Shown: one piece after another, positions 1 to 14,680 of the stretch
Layout: the number at the start of each line of letters is the position of its first letter
Position numbering within the stretch: position 1 is the first letter of the stretch
From: Spirogloea muscicola
Lineage: Eukaryota
DNA: 64,000 nt
Assembly (NCBI GenBank): GCA_009602725.1
Contig: WELB01000004.1
Location: 763,277-827,276 of the forward strand
Direction: 5' to 3'
Notes under the pieces: generated by a model
The model's database searches: none
What the model was told of the DNA's origin: nothing
What the model saw: the letters and a program-made list of their open reading frames with translations, nothing else
Made by a program: the position numbers and the translations under genes

Positions 1-444
1 TTGGCCACCATGATGTCTCATCTGAGCCCTCCAGCATGAAGAGGCTTGGTTAGGCAGAGGCACTGAATATTGCCAGCCAGAGCTCAGAATATGAGCAGCA
101 TGCATGAAGCCAAGGGTGGTCTTGTGGAGAGATGAACAATGACTTGTAATTGTTTGCAATTGACTGACACAACATTGGGTTTAGGGTACGCAGCGCTGGG
201 GTACGCAGTGTGGATAAACGTGGTGGCGATCGGTTGAATATGCACTGCTGACACCCGTGCAAGAAAGAAGACTTGCATATGACCCAGACTCGAAGATCGC
301 CACACCAGGCCGTCGTACATGAACCCCTTCTTTCCACTTTCATTTTCACTTGTCAGTGCTCAGTATCAGCAATTGACAGAGGATCGAGTCGAGTCAAGTC
401 GAACCTCGTGCTGTGGTACTAGCGAATCCACAACTCATCTACAG

Positions 445-1971
<1,527 letters not shown>

Positions 1972-2077
1972 AGCCGCGCCCGCGTTCGCCAGCCCCGAGC
2001 CGGCAGCAGCTGCCGGCAGTCACCCGGGAGCGGCAAGGCGCCTCCCCCGGCGCGCGCCTCGGGCAGCCGCCGCCGCG

Positions 2078-2201
<124 letters not shown>

Positions 2202-2887
2202 NNNNNNNNNNNNNNNNNNNNNNNNNNNNNNNNNNNNNNNNNNNNNNNNNNNNNNNNNNNNNNNNNNNNNNNNNNNNNNNNNNNNNNNNNNNNNNNNNNN
2301 NNNNNNNNNNNNNNNNNNNNNNNNNNNNNNNNNNNNNNNNNNNNNNNNNNNNNNNNNNNNNNNNNNNNNNNNNNNNNNNNNNNNNNNNNNNNNNNNNNNN
2401 NNNNNNNNNNNNNNNNNNNNNNNNNNNNNNNNNNNNNNNNNNNNNNNNNNNNNNNNNNNNNNNNNNNNNNNNNNNNNNNNNNNNNNNNNNNNNNNNNNNN
2501 NNNNNNNNNNNNNNNNNNNNNNNNNNNNNNNNNNNNNNNNNNNNNNNNNNNNNNNNNNNNNNNNNNNNNNNNNNNNNNNNNNNNNNNNNNNNNNNNNNNN
2601 NNNNNNNNNNNNNNNNNNNNNNNNNNNNNNNNNNNNNNNNNNNNNNNNNNNNNNNNNNNNNNNNNNNNNNNNNNNNNNNNNNNNNNNNNNNNNNNNNNNN
2701 NNNNNNNNNNNNNNNNNNNNNNNNNNNNNNNNNNNNNNNNNNNNNNNNNNNNNNNNNNNNNNNNNNNNNNNNNNNNNNNNNNNNNNNNNNNNNNNNNNNN
2801 NNNNNNNNNNNNNNNNNNNNNNNNNNNNNNNNNNNNNNNNNNNNNNNNNNNNNNNNNNNNNNNNNNNNNNNNNNNNNNNNNNNNNNN

Positions 2888-5800
2888 CGCGGCGGCGCAG
2901 GCGCCGGCGGCGGCGACGGCGTGGCCATCTTCGCGCGGCGGAAGCGCGAGCCCGTGGCCGAGGCGCCGAGGGCGGATGCCGGCGCCATGGAGGCCCAAGC
3001 CGAGGACCGCCGGCTGCAGGCGCAGCGCGTCGAGGTCCGCCGTCAAGGCAGCTCAGCGAGGCAGCCTGGCTATGGTCAGAGCAGGGTGCTGAGCTTCGAT
3101 GCCTGCTCAGCAGCAAGCTCCAGAGGAGCTGCTGGCTATGGCAGGCGACCGCCGCCGCCACGGCGCACCTGGGGGGGTCCATCCTTGGCACTGCAGCCCG
3201 GCCCCCGTGGGCTGCCGTGAATGCAGATGGACCCAGAGCAAGCCGCGCATCAATACAGCCGCCGGCCCGCGCACTCGGGGCCGCCTGGCTCACTCCGATG
3301 CTCACAGCGCCGCTCTTTTGGTGCTCCCACACTGCACGGCGCTGTGGGCCTAGCTGGAGGCTGCCTGTGATAGCTGAACTCGACTGCCTCCTACTCGTTG
3401 GCGTTGCAGGCTGTGAATGTGCTGAGGAAGCGCTTTGGCATCCACGTCACGGGCCGCGGGGTTCCAGACCCGCTGCAGTCGTTCTCGGAGCTCAGGACTC
3501 TGTGCGTTCTGCCGCAAGCCCCACTCTGTCGTGTGTTGCTTTCCAGAGCATGGCTGGCATTCCTTGGCTGTAAATGCGTTTGACAATCTGTGTGGCTTTG
3601 AGAGCTCATGGCGAGCTGATTGGACGCATCTGTGGGCGCTGCCTCGTGTGTCAGATACCGCTGTCCTTTGTACCTCGTGCGCAACCTGGCGGCGGCTGCG
3701 TACCAGGAGCCCACGCCCATCCAGCGGCAGGCCATCCCCATACTCCTCGCAGTAAGACAGCGGTTAAAAGTAATGACCTCCAAGTCTTTCATCGTTGCCA
3801 GTGTGAACTCGAAGTGAGACCTCGTCTTCCTGCGCTGACCCTGTGGCAGGGCCGAGACTGTGTTGCATGCGCCCCTACTGGGACCGGCAAGACGCTGGCC
3901 TTTCTCATTCCCATCTTCATGAGACTGAAGGTGCGTGCTCTTGGCTGCCGCCACTTGCACCTCTGCTGCAAGGCCGATGGCAATGGCAACGACTGGTCCC
4001 GTGAGCCAGCCGAAAGAGTCCTGAGAAGCAGATGCCTGCTCCCTCGGCTTTCCTTGGACCATAACTTGCGGCGCTGATGCTCGCGCTCTCGGCACTGGCT
4101 GTGCGCTGCAGGCTCCGGCAGGCGAGCACGTGCGAGCGGTGGTGCTGAGCCCCACGCGGGAGCTCGCTCGGCAGACGTTCCGGCAGGCCAAGAAGCTCGG
4201 GGCAGGCCGGCGGTTCCGCGTGCGCATCATGACCAAGGCCACGGCCCAGTGCATCGACTTTGGCAGCACCCTGTGCGACATCCTCGTGTCCACGCCGCTG
4301 AGGCTGAGCAACCTGCTGGGTGCGGGCGTCATCAAGCTTGACAGGTGGTCGCTTTATGCCATCAAAGGAGCAGCACCAGAGAGCACAGCCTAAGCCCATG
4401 CCTGCAGAAGCCTGCATATGCTCTGGGCCACTGCCATGACGATAAGGATTTATGTCTGGACTTCTGATGGAGGCCTGGCCTCTGTGCGGAAATGCGTATG
4501 GACTCACCAGCTGAGCAGTGGCACAGCGATAAGGCATGCTGCAAGTATGCACGCATACAAGGAGTGCAGGACCTTGTGCTCACACCTCTTCATGTAGCTG
4601 TGCAGCCTGCAGTTCTTGGTGCTCGACGAGTCGGACAAGCTCTTCGAGCTGGGCTTTGTCGAGCAAATCGATGCAGTGATTGCAGCCTGCTCGAACCCCG
4701 GGCTCTCACGATCCCTCTTCAGTGCCACACTGCTGGAATCGGTGGAGGAGCTGGCTCGCACCATCATGCCCGACCCCATCCGTGTCGTCATTGGGGAAAG
4801 GTTGGCCGAGCAGACCCTCCAGCGCAATCAGTAGCAACGGCTTGACGCAGCAGACGTGCTTGTAGCTCAGCATCAATACCAGCTCAGAGGCATCATCTGT
4901 TGCTCCTGTGTTAAATCACGATGCGACACGGGCATAAGCAGTACTTACCAGCCCGTGCGAGGGGCATGCCCTTCTGGGCACAGGGCTAAATGCTACTGCG
5001 CACACGTGTCATTTTTGTCAATGTGCATAGAGTAATATGAAATGGTCTGCCAGTGAGTCAGCCACTCAGATTTTCTGACTCGCTTGTCTGCTCTCATCCC
5101 CACAATCGCCAGCACCAGTTTCTTGCCTCTGTCTTGAAACCGATTGCTTCACGACTTGCACACTGTATCCGGACAGTCCGGTCAGTTGAGCAAGCTTCAT
5201 GTGTGACTGCTGGGTAGCTGGTTCACATGTGTACTTATGTGCTGATTGCAGAAATTTACCTGCTCAGAACGTGGAGCAGAAGCTTCAATTTGTGGGGAGT
5301 GAGGAGGGCAAACTTCTTGCTATCCGCCAAATATTCCAGGAGGTAATGGCCTGTTTGCAATATTGTGAAGAGTGGTCTTGTGTCATGAGGCTCTCAGTGG
5401 AGAGCTGAGGAAGGACCTTCGTGATGACACGTGTGAGACGGGCGGTCAGAACTGATGCCGTGTTGATTGTCTCGCATTGCTCCTTGGGAGTGCCTGAAAG
5501 GTCTCATACTTTTTCACAGGGCTGCATCTGTCAGATACTCCATCTAGATTCTTGCAAGGCAAGGCACACTTAGTCAGGGGTACACGCAAATTCTGTAGGT
5601 CGTGTTTTGACAGTACCAGTCAAGTCCTGGAAGGTAGAATATTTTTCGAGTTTGCATTGAGCAGAGATCGTGTCTGGAAGATGATGAAGCAATCAGTAAT
5701 ACTTATTCTACACACTGAAGCGCTCTCACAGGCGCTCCATGTGGAAAAACAAAACCTCTGACAAGCTGATTCCAGTTGTCGCTGAGGTAGCTGCAATGGT

Positions 5801-7176
5801 TCTTGCAACGGTTTTGGATGCGCATTGAGATACCTGCGTCTTGTTGCGCTTGCTGCAGGGTCTGGCACCCCCAGTGCTGATTTTTGTCCAAAGCAAAGAC
5901 CGGGCCAGGGATCTCTGCAAGGAGCTTGCTGCTGTAGGGATGAACGTCGACGCCATTCACGCTGACCGCACCCAGGCACAGGTTTGCGTCCATCTCCAGG
6001 CCCTGGTCAGCAGTGTGATTATTTTCTGCGTACTTAAGAGGCAATGCAGGGCATCACACGTTGCGGTCGAGCTTATGGCCGTGGCCTCTCCGTTGAAATT
6101 TCCCTGCAACAACCTGTACGGCATTCTATACCAGTGCAGCATCAGAGCAATTCTCCGTGACTGCACTCATTGCAGAATGTCATAACAAAGACTGAAGACT
6201 TGTCTTTAGCTCGCTGCTTTATTCTCCGGGCCTGTTTGCAGTGTAGAATGTCAAAAGAAAGACCAGAGACTTGTCTACAGCTTCGTTACTTCGAGATTCA
6301 CAACTTCATCGCTGCACTTCGTGTTGCATACGCGGCTAAGCAGTTTGAGGTTGTCTATAACAGGCTATTATACACCAAACTGCTTGCAGCTTCTGATCAC
6401 AGCCATTGGTTTCCTCCATCATAACAGAGGGATGCTGTCGTTGACCGATTCAGGTCAGGCGAACTCCATGTTCTCATTGCAACTGATCTGATGGGTCGCG
6501 GAATGGACTTCAAGGCCATAACAAGTGTTGTCAATTATGACATTCCTCAGAGCTCAGCCTCCTATGTTCACCGAGTAGGTATGAGTAGCAAACATCAAGT
6601 TTGCTTGGAATGTGTAGTGCATCTTTCACGTCGTGCTGCTGTACATCATCTCTTGTACTGACGCATCCTGATCAGGGAAGCATTGTGGAGTATATGGGGC
6701 CCCATCTGCAATGTCGAATAATATTACCCTGGATTGATGTAGGTCGATGTGGTAGGGCTGGACGAGTTGGGCTAGCCATCACGCTGTACACTGAGGACGA
6801 CGTGCCATATCTGCGGGCAATCGCTAATGTCATGCACGCCTCAGGAGGCACTGTCCCGCCTTGGATCATGAGCCTCTCCAAAGTATGCAAGAGGCACAAG
6901 GCCCGAGACCAGCTTGTAGTGCGGAGGGGCCACATTGGTGGTGCGCCAGCTCCCTTTGCGGAAGCCAAGAAAAGGCGGCTGAGGTGAGCAGCCATGCCAG
7001 GCAACGCTTTACTTCCGAGCTTTCGTGCCCCTCCGGAAGCGTTTTCATATCTTAGTAGTGCAATCATGCATCACTGACCAAGCAGTCGCGTGTACAGGGA
7101 GATGGTTGCAGCCTCCAAGGCTAGGAAGCAGCGGGTGGCGAATGCAGGTGTCAAGCAGGCTGAACGACCACATTGA
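2888..7176 (+). CDS. RH57: DEAD-box RNA helicase (RH57/ROK1/DDX52-like); 5' end lies in the gap
   Basis: Exons carry the Q motif ([13 protein letters not shown]), [22 protein letters not shown] (DESD box), [27 protein letters not shown] and [11 protein letters not shown]. Last exon ends ...QAERPH* at 7176. Confidence 0.92.
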
Positions 7177-7742
7177 AGGCAGAAGCATGCGTGCCCAAGA
7201 AACTCTGAGGAGTTGGCTTGCACTTATTGGTACCACTTAAGCGCAGAAGGATAGGATGTCCCTATCACATGCTTCTGCAGGTTGAGATGATGAAAGCACT
7301 ACCCGGAGCCTCTCCATGGTTGGCAGGCTTCCACAAGGTGATTAAGCTGTTCATTAACCCGCCTAGGTGTTGGGCAATTCTAGATTGTTGACAAGACCAA
7401 TCTGAAGCCCACTGAAACGTTCGAGTCGCACTTTCCACGCAGGCAACAAATCGTACAGACCACTGACAGTGAAGGACGATCCTACCATCTCCTCCATGTT
7501 CGGGAAGATATACCAGTTACACACCTTCTACCTCGTAAGATGGACCAAATTGGGCCCATTTTATTTTGAATCTATAGTTGACTTTCTCTACTGGGAGAGC
7601 CCAGCCTGTGACAAGTGGCAAGAGCAGGTTCTATGCAAGTCTAGACGACATACCCTGCTTCAATACTCCTTGTGCTATATTTACAGAATCTTGTTCATCT
7701 GAGCCGGGATGTGGTTAAGCGTCAACAATTCCATTTTTCCCC

Positions 7743-10700
7743 TCAATCTTCGGGCACCTTCAGCCTCCTGGCCCGCTTTTGTTGTTGTGCAAAGGTAGGC
7801 AGGGCATCAGCCTGCTTGTGTGGTGCCTGTGGAGCAACACCAGTTGGGTCAGGCACTAGACATGCAGGAGTGCGCAAGGGGCAGCTTCAGGAGGCAATGT
7901 ATACAGAAGCTCCCCCCCACAGATGTGTTTTCTGGTCATGCCAATGGGAGCGCGGATACAACACAGTGACAGAGAACCCCTTGCTTTGCCAGCAATTACA
8001 TATGGACGACAAAATGCAAAGCTTACCTTGCGCTTCTGGTCCCGCTTTTGAGATCGATCAGCTGCAAATGCAAGCAGGGACTGATGTCAATTCGGACAAT
8101 ACTAGACAACCCTAGTGAATACGGCAGGACAAGGTAATATACAAGGGGTGAGCAACACATATGATCATAAAATATCAACAGGACTCACCCTCTCCATCTC
8201 CTCGACTCCCAAGCTTGTCGCCATCTCGGAACCTTGTGGGGGCTGCATAAGGATTCTCTCTTAGTAAGGCAACCTCGTTCTCCTTCCAGCTGACCTGTCA
8301 GTAGGATGACATCAAGTGGATTACGGTTAGCCGTAAGAGAGAGGACCACAGTGACTACTTCTGGTCAGGCAAAACTTGCAATGGCATACAAATCTTAAAG
8401 ATGTGGATGGACGTCAGGTGTCTTCACTACTGTGACATACTAAGCATGTGCAGTGGAGAGGCAATCTGGATATACTCGCTTCTGCAGACCCAGCAAGGAC
8501 AGCACTGCTTTTCTCAGTGCCAAAAACTCGCTGCAGACAGCTCGAGTTGGTACTTTGGGCTTGACGGTGACCTGTGCCAAGTGCAGGCGAGCTATTGTTG
8601 TGTAAGCATTGCAAGCACTTCTGCTGTATGCCACATAGCACTTGTGAGTAGGCAACTTGAACAGTATTGCTTCATAGCAGAGGAGACGGCTAATAAGATG
8701 ACAACAAGGGGCCCAACTCACGCCAAGCTCCTGCATGATCTGTTCTATCCTTTTAGCAGAACGAGCTCCAGCAGCAGTAGCTGCCGCTTGTACAGACTGC
8801 TGCAATCTCGTCCCTCTCAAGTAAACTCGAGGCTGCAAGAAGGGCGTGGAAGGCAGTAACAGGTCATAGTAATACTTTAGATTCTCAAAGCCATGTACCA
8901 ACCAAGTACCAACAGTGGAGGAGCAGCTCTAAGCAGAGAAAGTCCACCAAATTGGACACCAGATGGACTAATTTGGACATTCTGCCCAAGGTTGAAGTAT
9001 GTACGTACAGGCCGCGAGGAAGGAGTAGCAGTAGGGCTGGCATGGTTGGCATCGTTGGCAAAGTTCCGCAGGTGCTGGTCACCAAGGATGCCATTCAGCG
9101 AAGCTCCATCATCAGCATGAGCAGATGCCACCTGAGCAGAGTCCAACGCGCCAATTGCATCTTCAAAGGATGGCCACTCCCACAGAGCCACAGAAAAGTG
9201 AAGCATCCCACAAACTGCAGCCTTCTCGTGCATGTTGCAGTGTATACCCGGGGCACCAGGTCTCGCTCCTCCATGACCCGTTTCGCCTCTGCAAGGACCT
9301 ATTATGATAACAAAAAGCTGGGGTCACCAGAGAAACTCAGCAGCTTTTCATGCTCTTCGTTTCATTTGAGGTGCTCCAAATGAGTTGCACGCATGCTCAA
9401 TGCTTCGACCTAGGTGCCCAATCAGCATCTTTCACCAGTGCTTGATCCTTCACTACCTCGGCTTCTTCCAGCTCTTGATGTCTTGACGACATAAGCTGCA
9501 GGCTGAGTGCGTGTTTACGCTCTACTTCATGCTGGAGATTGAAGGGCTCCTGAAATCATGCAGAGATGAGGACCATTAGACTTTTCGAGCTATGAGTGAG
9601 CTTGGTTAGGAAAAGTAGGAAAAGTACAAGCATCGGTAGGAGTAAAGCAGCAAGAAATTATTGAATTGAAGTGATCAGAATGAGCAACCATCCATCTTCG
9701 ATAAACGCCATCAAAGATGACAAACAGCTCCTCTGTAACTAATATTTGGAGCACCAAGCAGCAATATGCACCTTAAGGAGCAATCGCTCGCTGATCTACT
9801 CTCCTGTACCCTCCCTCATCACTGCTATTTTCTGGGCAACTGAGTAAGTAAGAAAGTCGGGTAAGCCCTCAATTCTGCACGTTGTCTTTGTGTGCTAAAT
9901 GTGAGCTGCATAGCATGCTCAAATGAACAAAAGCTCAGAAAGCCCCGCCCCTTCCCACGCAGAACCCTTCCCATGCCAAAAGTAGCTTGCCAAGAGCAAC
10001 CCGGTCTTACTTGTGTAGTAGCGGTCCTTGAGCTCCTCAACACTCCTGCTGGACCAATTGCAATTCTGCTGGTATCGGTCTGCTATTACGATAAATCGCA
10101 AGTCGAAACGTGCGCAAAGATCAAAGAGGTGGTCTGTCTCATCCTTGCTCCACCTCTGCAAGTATGCCGAAGCACTCAAAAAGTCATTGCGGGCTGACTC
10201 GTTTTCCATGCAAGTACAACCTTGACCTCTACTTGTGAAATATTTGAGTGCAATTCTCTCCTTCACTGATGTTTACAGTGTCCAAAGGCAATTACTACAG
10301 AGATGTATGTCATCACTGATGGGCACTACTTGGAGTAGTTCTTCTCGAGAGAAGCTTTGAACCCACGGGATCGTGCAGTTGTTGCAAGTACTCGTCCTCT
10401 GTGTACCTCACCATCTCCACTGCCTGTATGCTTGATTGAGCGTCAGAGCAAGCAGATAAGCTGGCCTGCGGCACCTGTTCATCTCTCAGCACCTTCAAAG
10501 CTGGACGAGAGGTACTCACCTTATTATACTTTGCATAGATGTAGTCGCCTTGAGGCTCTTCACCGTCACTGACTCGGGCCTGCATCACAGCCCATGCATA
10601 TGCAGCCGAGCCCATCTCAGTGTCATGACCTGCAGCTCATGTGCGACTGGAAGCCCTGCTCAGCATTGCTGGTCCAAAGGAGAAGGCTGGCAGAGCTACC

Positions 10701-11220
10701 CAGTGGTGGAGCTGCAAGCCGTCCTTGCGAGCCGAGTTGGAAAAGGGACGCCACTTCCACTTGACCTGCGCGGTACTGCTGTCAGAGCCACATGCACTGC
10801 GAGCTTGCCAGCCTGCTCTCAGAGCACACGCAGAGGCCAGCCACCATTGCAGCATTGCGGAGCAGCTGGGCACCTTGTGAGCAGCTGCAGGCTTGGCCTT
10901 GCTCTTGAAGCCTCCCGCGGCCGCGGAGAGCGCGATGGGTGCCACGCCGCCCGTGAGCGCAAACACCTGGGGACCAGGCCTCGGCGCAGGCAGGCCGTCA
11001 CGACAAGCATGGCCGAGGTCTCTACCCCGACGTCGTGCCCAGCGGACAGCCTCGGATGCCCGGCAGGCAGCGGGCCGAGGCCGCCGCAGGCAGAGCCGGG
11101 GGCGCCGGAGCGCACCTCGCGGTGCACGCCGTCGGGCTTCTTCACGGCCTCGCGGCTGGCCCGGTGCCGCCGGTCGCCCGCCAGCACCTGCGCCAGGCCC
11201 GGCGAGAGCCCGGAAAGCCT
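7743..11220 (-). CDS. SWC4: SWR1/NuA4 subunit SWC4/DMAP1 (SANT domain); in-frame TAG and no visible start codon, possibly a pseudogene
   Basis: Exons read [19 protein letters not shown]..|[70 protein letters not shown]|..EPFN..|[17 protein letters not shown]..|[14 protein letters not shown] at 9796-9798. Confidence 0.88.
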
Positions 11221-11258
11221 CCGCCGCCGGCGCCGGGCGCGGCTCCGGCGGCGGGGCC

Positions 11259-13873
11259 ATGGCGAACCGCACGGACCCGGCGGCGCGCAGCGTGCACGGG
11301 ACCAACCCGCAGAACCTGGTGGAGAAGATCCTGCGCGCCAAGATCTACCAGAACACGTACTGGAAGGAGCAGTGCTTCGGCCTCACCGGTGCGCGCGCAC
11401 CTCCGCCGCCGCCCTGCTGCCCGCCTCCGAGCCTCGGCTGGTGGCACGACGGCTTGCCAATTGCCGTCCCGCATTCGGGCGTCCGTGCGCGACCTCCACG
11501 TGCTGACTCGTCGTTACTTGCTGAGCAGGTCCAGCTTAGCAGCAGTTGATGTGCACCTGTCGATGTTCTTGCCGTCGTACTCGGCCACTCACCAGGCCCT
11601 CCTTTACTCGACTCACACTCCATTGCCCTTGCGCGCGCCCGCTCGCGCGCCCGCCGCCTGCCGGGCCTTGCTGCAGCGGAGACGCTGGTGGACAAGGCCA
11701 TGGAGCTGGACCACTTTGGCGGCACCTTCGGCGGCAACCGCAAGGCCACGCCGTTCATGTGCCTGGCGCTCAAGATGCTGCAGATCCAGCCGGAGAAGGA
11801 GATCGTGGTCGAGTTCATCAAGAACGAGGAGTTCAAGTGCGTACCTTCGCTGCCCCCGCTGCCAGCGGCCTGCTGCTGCCCTGCTGCGCCAGCGGCCTTT
11901 CTTGAAGCTGTGCGGCCGACGGCGCCGTGTCAGCCAACAACAGCGTTGTGATCCCAAGCTGCATCAAGGCCGCAAAAGTGCACAGACTCCCTGTCCTCTT
12001 GCTTCTACTTCGTCAGCAGCTCCTGTCACGGCGCGTGGCACTGCAGGCTCGGCACATGACTGCGCCTGTTCTCGGGACCTGGCTCGGCTTGCCTTCCTGT
12101 GGAGCCCGTAGGCCCATAGCTAGCTGAGCGAGCCCACTTTGCTGCTGTTTCGCAGATATGTCCGGATTCTGGGCGCGTTCTACCTTCGTCTGGTTGGCAA
12201 GCCCATGGACGTGTACCAGTACTTGGAGCCCCTCTACAACGACTACAGGAAGCTCAGGCACAAGACCGCCGACGGACGTGAGCACACTTGCGCTTGCAGC
12301 TTACATCAGGAGGAGCACGTGTGCTTCTTAACTGGCATCCACGTTACGCGACTCCATAGTCAGTTCTGTGGGGCCCGCAGGATGGCTTTGATGCATCTCA
12401 GCTGTTTCAGAAACGTTCTCGACCTTTGCCAGTCATTGCCAGAGTCTTCTGCACGTGCTGTGGAGCGACAACCGAGCTTGTGAGCTGAATACACTGCATG
12501 TCATCTTTGGTGGTCAGTGTTTCGCCTGAGCCATGTTGACGAGTACATTGATGAGCTACTCACGAAGGACTACACCTGTGACATCTCCCTTCCCCGCATT
12601 CCTAAGCGGTGAGCACCCTTCAGGACTGCTAGGCAACCCATCTGTGCCTTAGGTCCAGCTTAGCTAGGAACGCAAAGTACCTGGTATGAACTGGTGTCTG
12701 CTTCTCATAGCCTGGAGTCCACTTATTCTGCACCCCTTCTCCATCTATTAGCTGGACTTTGGAGAATGCTGGACAATTAGAGCTACGGAAGAGTGCCCTT
12801 GAGGATGACTTTGAGGAAGAAGAGGAGCGAGAGGACGAGGCAGCTGATGGGCTTCATGCTGATGGCGACAAGGTGCTAAGAGGGACCCCTGGCTTTCACC
12901 ATGCTAATGTATCTCAAGGCAACGTCCTGCCGTGCAAGGTTTCCTCTCAATCTGTTAGACACAAGTCCTCATCAATATTAGCCCTCAGTGCCACCATATC
13001 AGCGTGGTGCAGGCATGCTCTTATCTTGTCTCCACTGTGTCCTGACTATGCAGGATCAGAAAGGAACCAGAGACTCCGAGCTTGAACGTCAGGCAGAGCA
13101 AGATCAGGATCACAGTCGGCACCGCAATGGCCACAGGCAAGTCGTCTCAGCCTTCTTCCATATGCACCCTCCTATTGAGCCCTGAGTGCAAGGGCCGGAT
13201 GAGGGTTGGCAAGGTAGCTGGCCTTGGCCTCTACAGTGTTGTGAATAAAGTGGGATGGACTTGTGGTTACGCTGCTTCATAGCCACCCATGGCAGCATGC
13301 TGGGCACCGACAGCCCTGGCAACAAAGCAAATCTTCTCCCGAGAGGGAGGATGCGATTTGCCTCACAAAGTCCCCTTGTCCTCCCTAGAGCAAATGATTG
13401 CGAAGCCCTGCCAGGTTCCTCTGTGCTGGTGGTTCGCAGGGGGGAGTATGATGGGCTGCACATCTCTGTTGAATACACGAATCTGCAGCTGTCTATTACT
13501 GTGGCACCCTAGAGTTTTGTCCTAGTGTAGCAACCGTCTTGATGGTGCAAACAGAAGTTTTGGTGCTTCACTACCAGCATGTAACCTCATTACCAAGCAA
13601 TGACACATTGGCGGCAGCAGCAAGGGAAACTGGTCAATGCCACAGCTGCAGTGAAGTCAATTGCATCAGTTTGACGGTCGTCGGATATCATGGTGCAGGG
13701 ATTTGGAGCCGACCAGGAACAAAGAGCGGGAGAAGGACAGGGAACGAGAGCGGGACGCCGAGAAGGACAGAGACAGGAACAGAGACAGAGACAGAGACAG
13801 AGACAAAGAGAGGGACAGAGACAGGGACAGAGACAGAGACAGAGACAGAGACAGAGACAGAGACAGAGACAGA

Positions 13874-13905
<32 letters not shown>

Positions 13906-14680
13906 GAGGGAGAGGGAGAGGGATAGAGAGAGAGACAGGGACAGAGACAGAGACAGATATAGAGACAGAACCAGAGATGGGGATGGTGATAGAGACCGAG
14001 GTAGAGACCGAGAACGGGAGAGAGCCAGAGGTAGAGAACCAGACCGAGACAGAGACAGAGATAGAGACCGAGATCGAGACCGAGACTATGATCGGGAGCG
14101 TGGTAAAGAACCAGATCGTGATAGGCACGGGGAGAGGAATGGCCGCATGGACCGCGATCGGGATCGTGATGGGGACCGGGACCATGACCAGGATCTGGAC
14201 ATGGAGCATGAGGATCATCGTCGGAGCAGGGATCGAACTCGCAACCGTGACCGTGATCATAATCAGGGGCAAGATGGGCATAAAGACAGCGAGCATCATG
14301 CTCGCGATCGAGAAGGTGGAAGAGACAGAGCTCCAGAAAAGAGCAGGGATCACAGCACGGACCATGAGACCAAGAATGACAAGCATCATGAGCGCCAGCA
14401 TGAAGGAATTAGACACAGAGACGAGGATGATGATACGGAAAGGACGGAGGAGAGGCGGCGAAAGGGCATTGGAAGGTCCAAAACGCCTGATGAGGGGGAG
14501 AGGAGGAAACGCGGGAGGAGCCGCAGCCCGCCACAGGATTCCGCAGCAGGAGTCGGCAGGAAGACCAAGGAGGCAAAGAAGAAGGATAAGGTGACTGATG
14601 GAACTGACCACAAAGATCCTGAAATTGCTGAGGCCAACCGCTTGCGAGCCTCACTTGGCTTGAAGCCACTACGTGCATAG
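11259..14680 (+). CDS. PRP38: Pre-mRNA splicing factor PRP38(A) with a long RD/RE-repeat tail
   Basis: MANRTDPAARSVHGTNPQNLVEKILRAKIYQNTYWKEQCFGLT|AETLVDKAMELDHFGGTFGGNRKATPFMCLALKMLQIQPEKEIVVEFIKNEEFK|YVRILGAFYLRL.., ending DPEIAEANRLRASLGLKPLRA*. Confidence 0.95.
11455..11600 (+). mobile_element. Degenerate 3'-end fragment of a CRE-like retroelement (family C') in PRP38 intron 1
   Basis: Aligns by eye to 40420-40555 (ttgccgtcc..gcgacctc..gtgctgactcgt..ttac..gcttagcagcag..gtactcggccac). Confidence 0.75.
13765..13960 (+). repeat. Coding hexamer microsatellite (AGAGAC/AGGGAC)n encoding Arg-Asp repeats
   Basis: Tandem hexamers inside the last PRP38 exon. Confidence 0.9.

Noticed and set aside
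9796..9798. TAG codon reassignment
   Set aside because: PRP38 ends on TAG at its conserved terminus, and no other internal TAG was seen in conserved exons.
11256..11263. One palindromic CCATGG serving as the start of both divergent genes (also at 20188-20193)
   Set aside because: The partner ATG is out of frame in both cases, and gccATGgc is simply a self-complementary start context.
13539..14611. TE/TG- and VS-repeat ORFs
   Set aside because: They are alternative frames and antisense of the PRP38 RD repeat.
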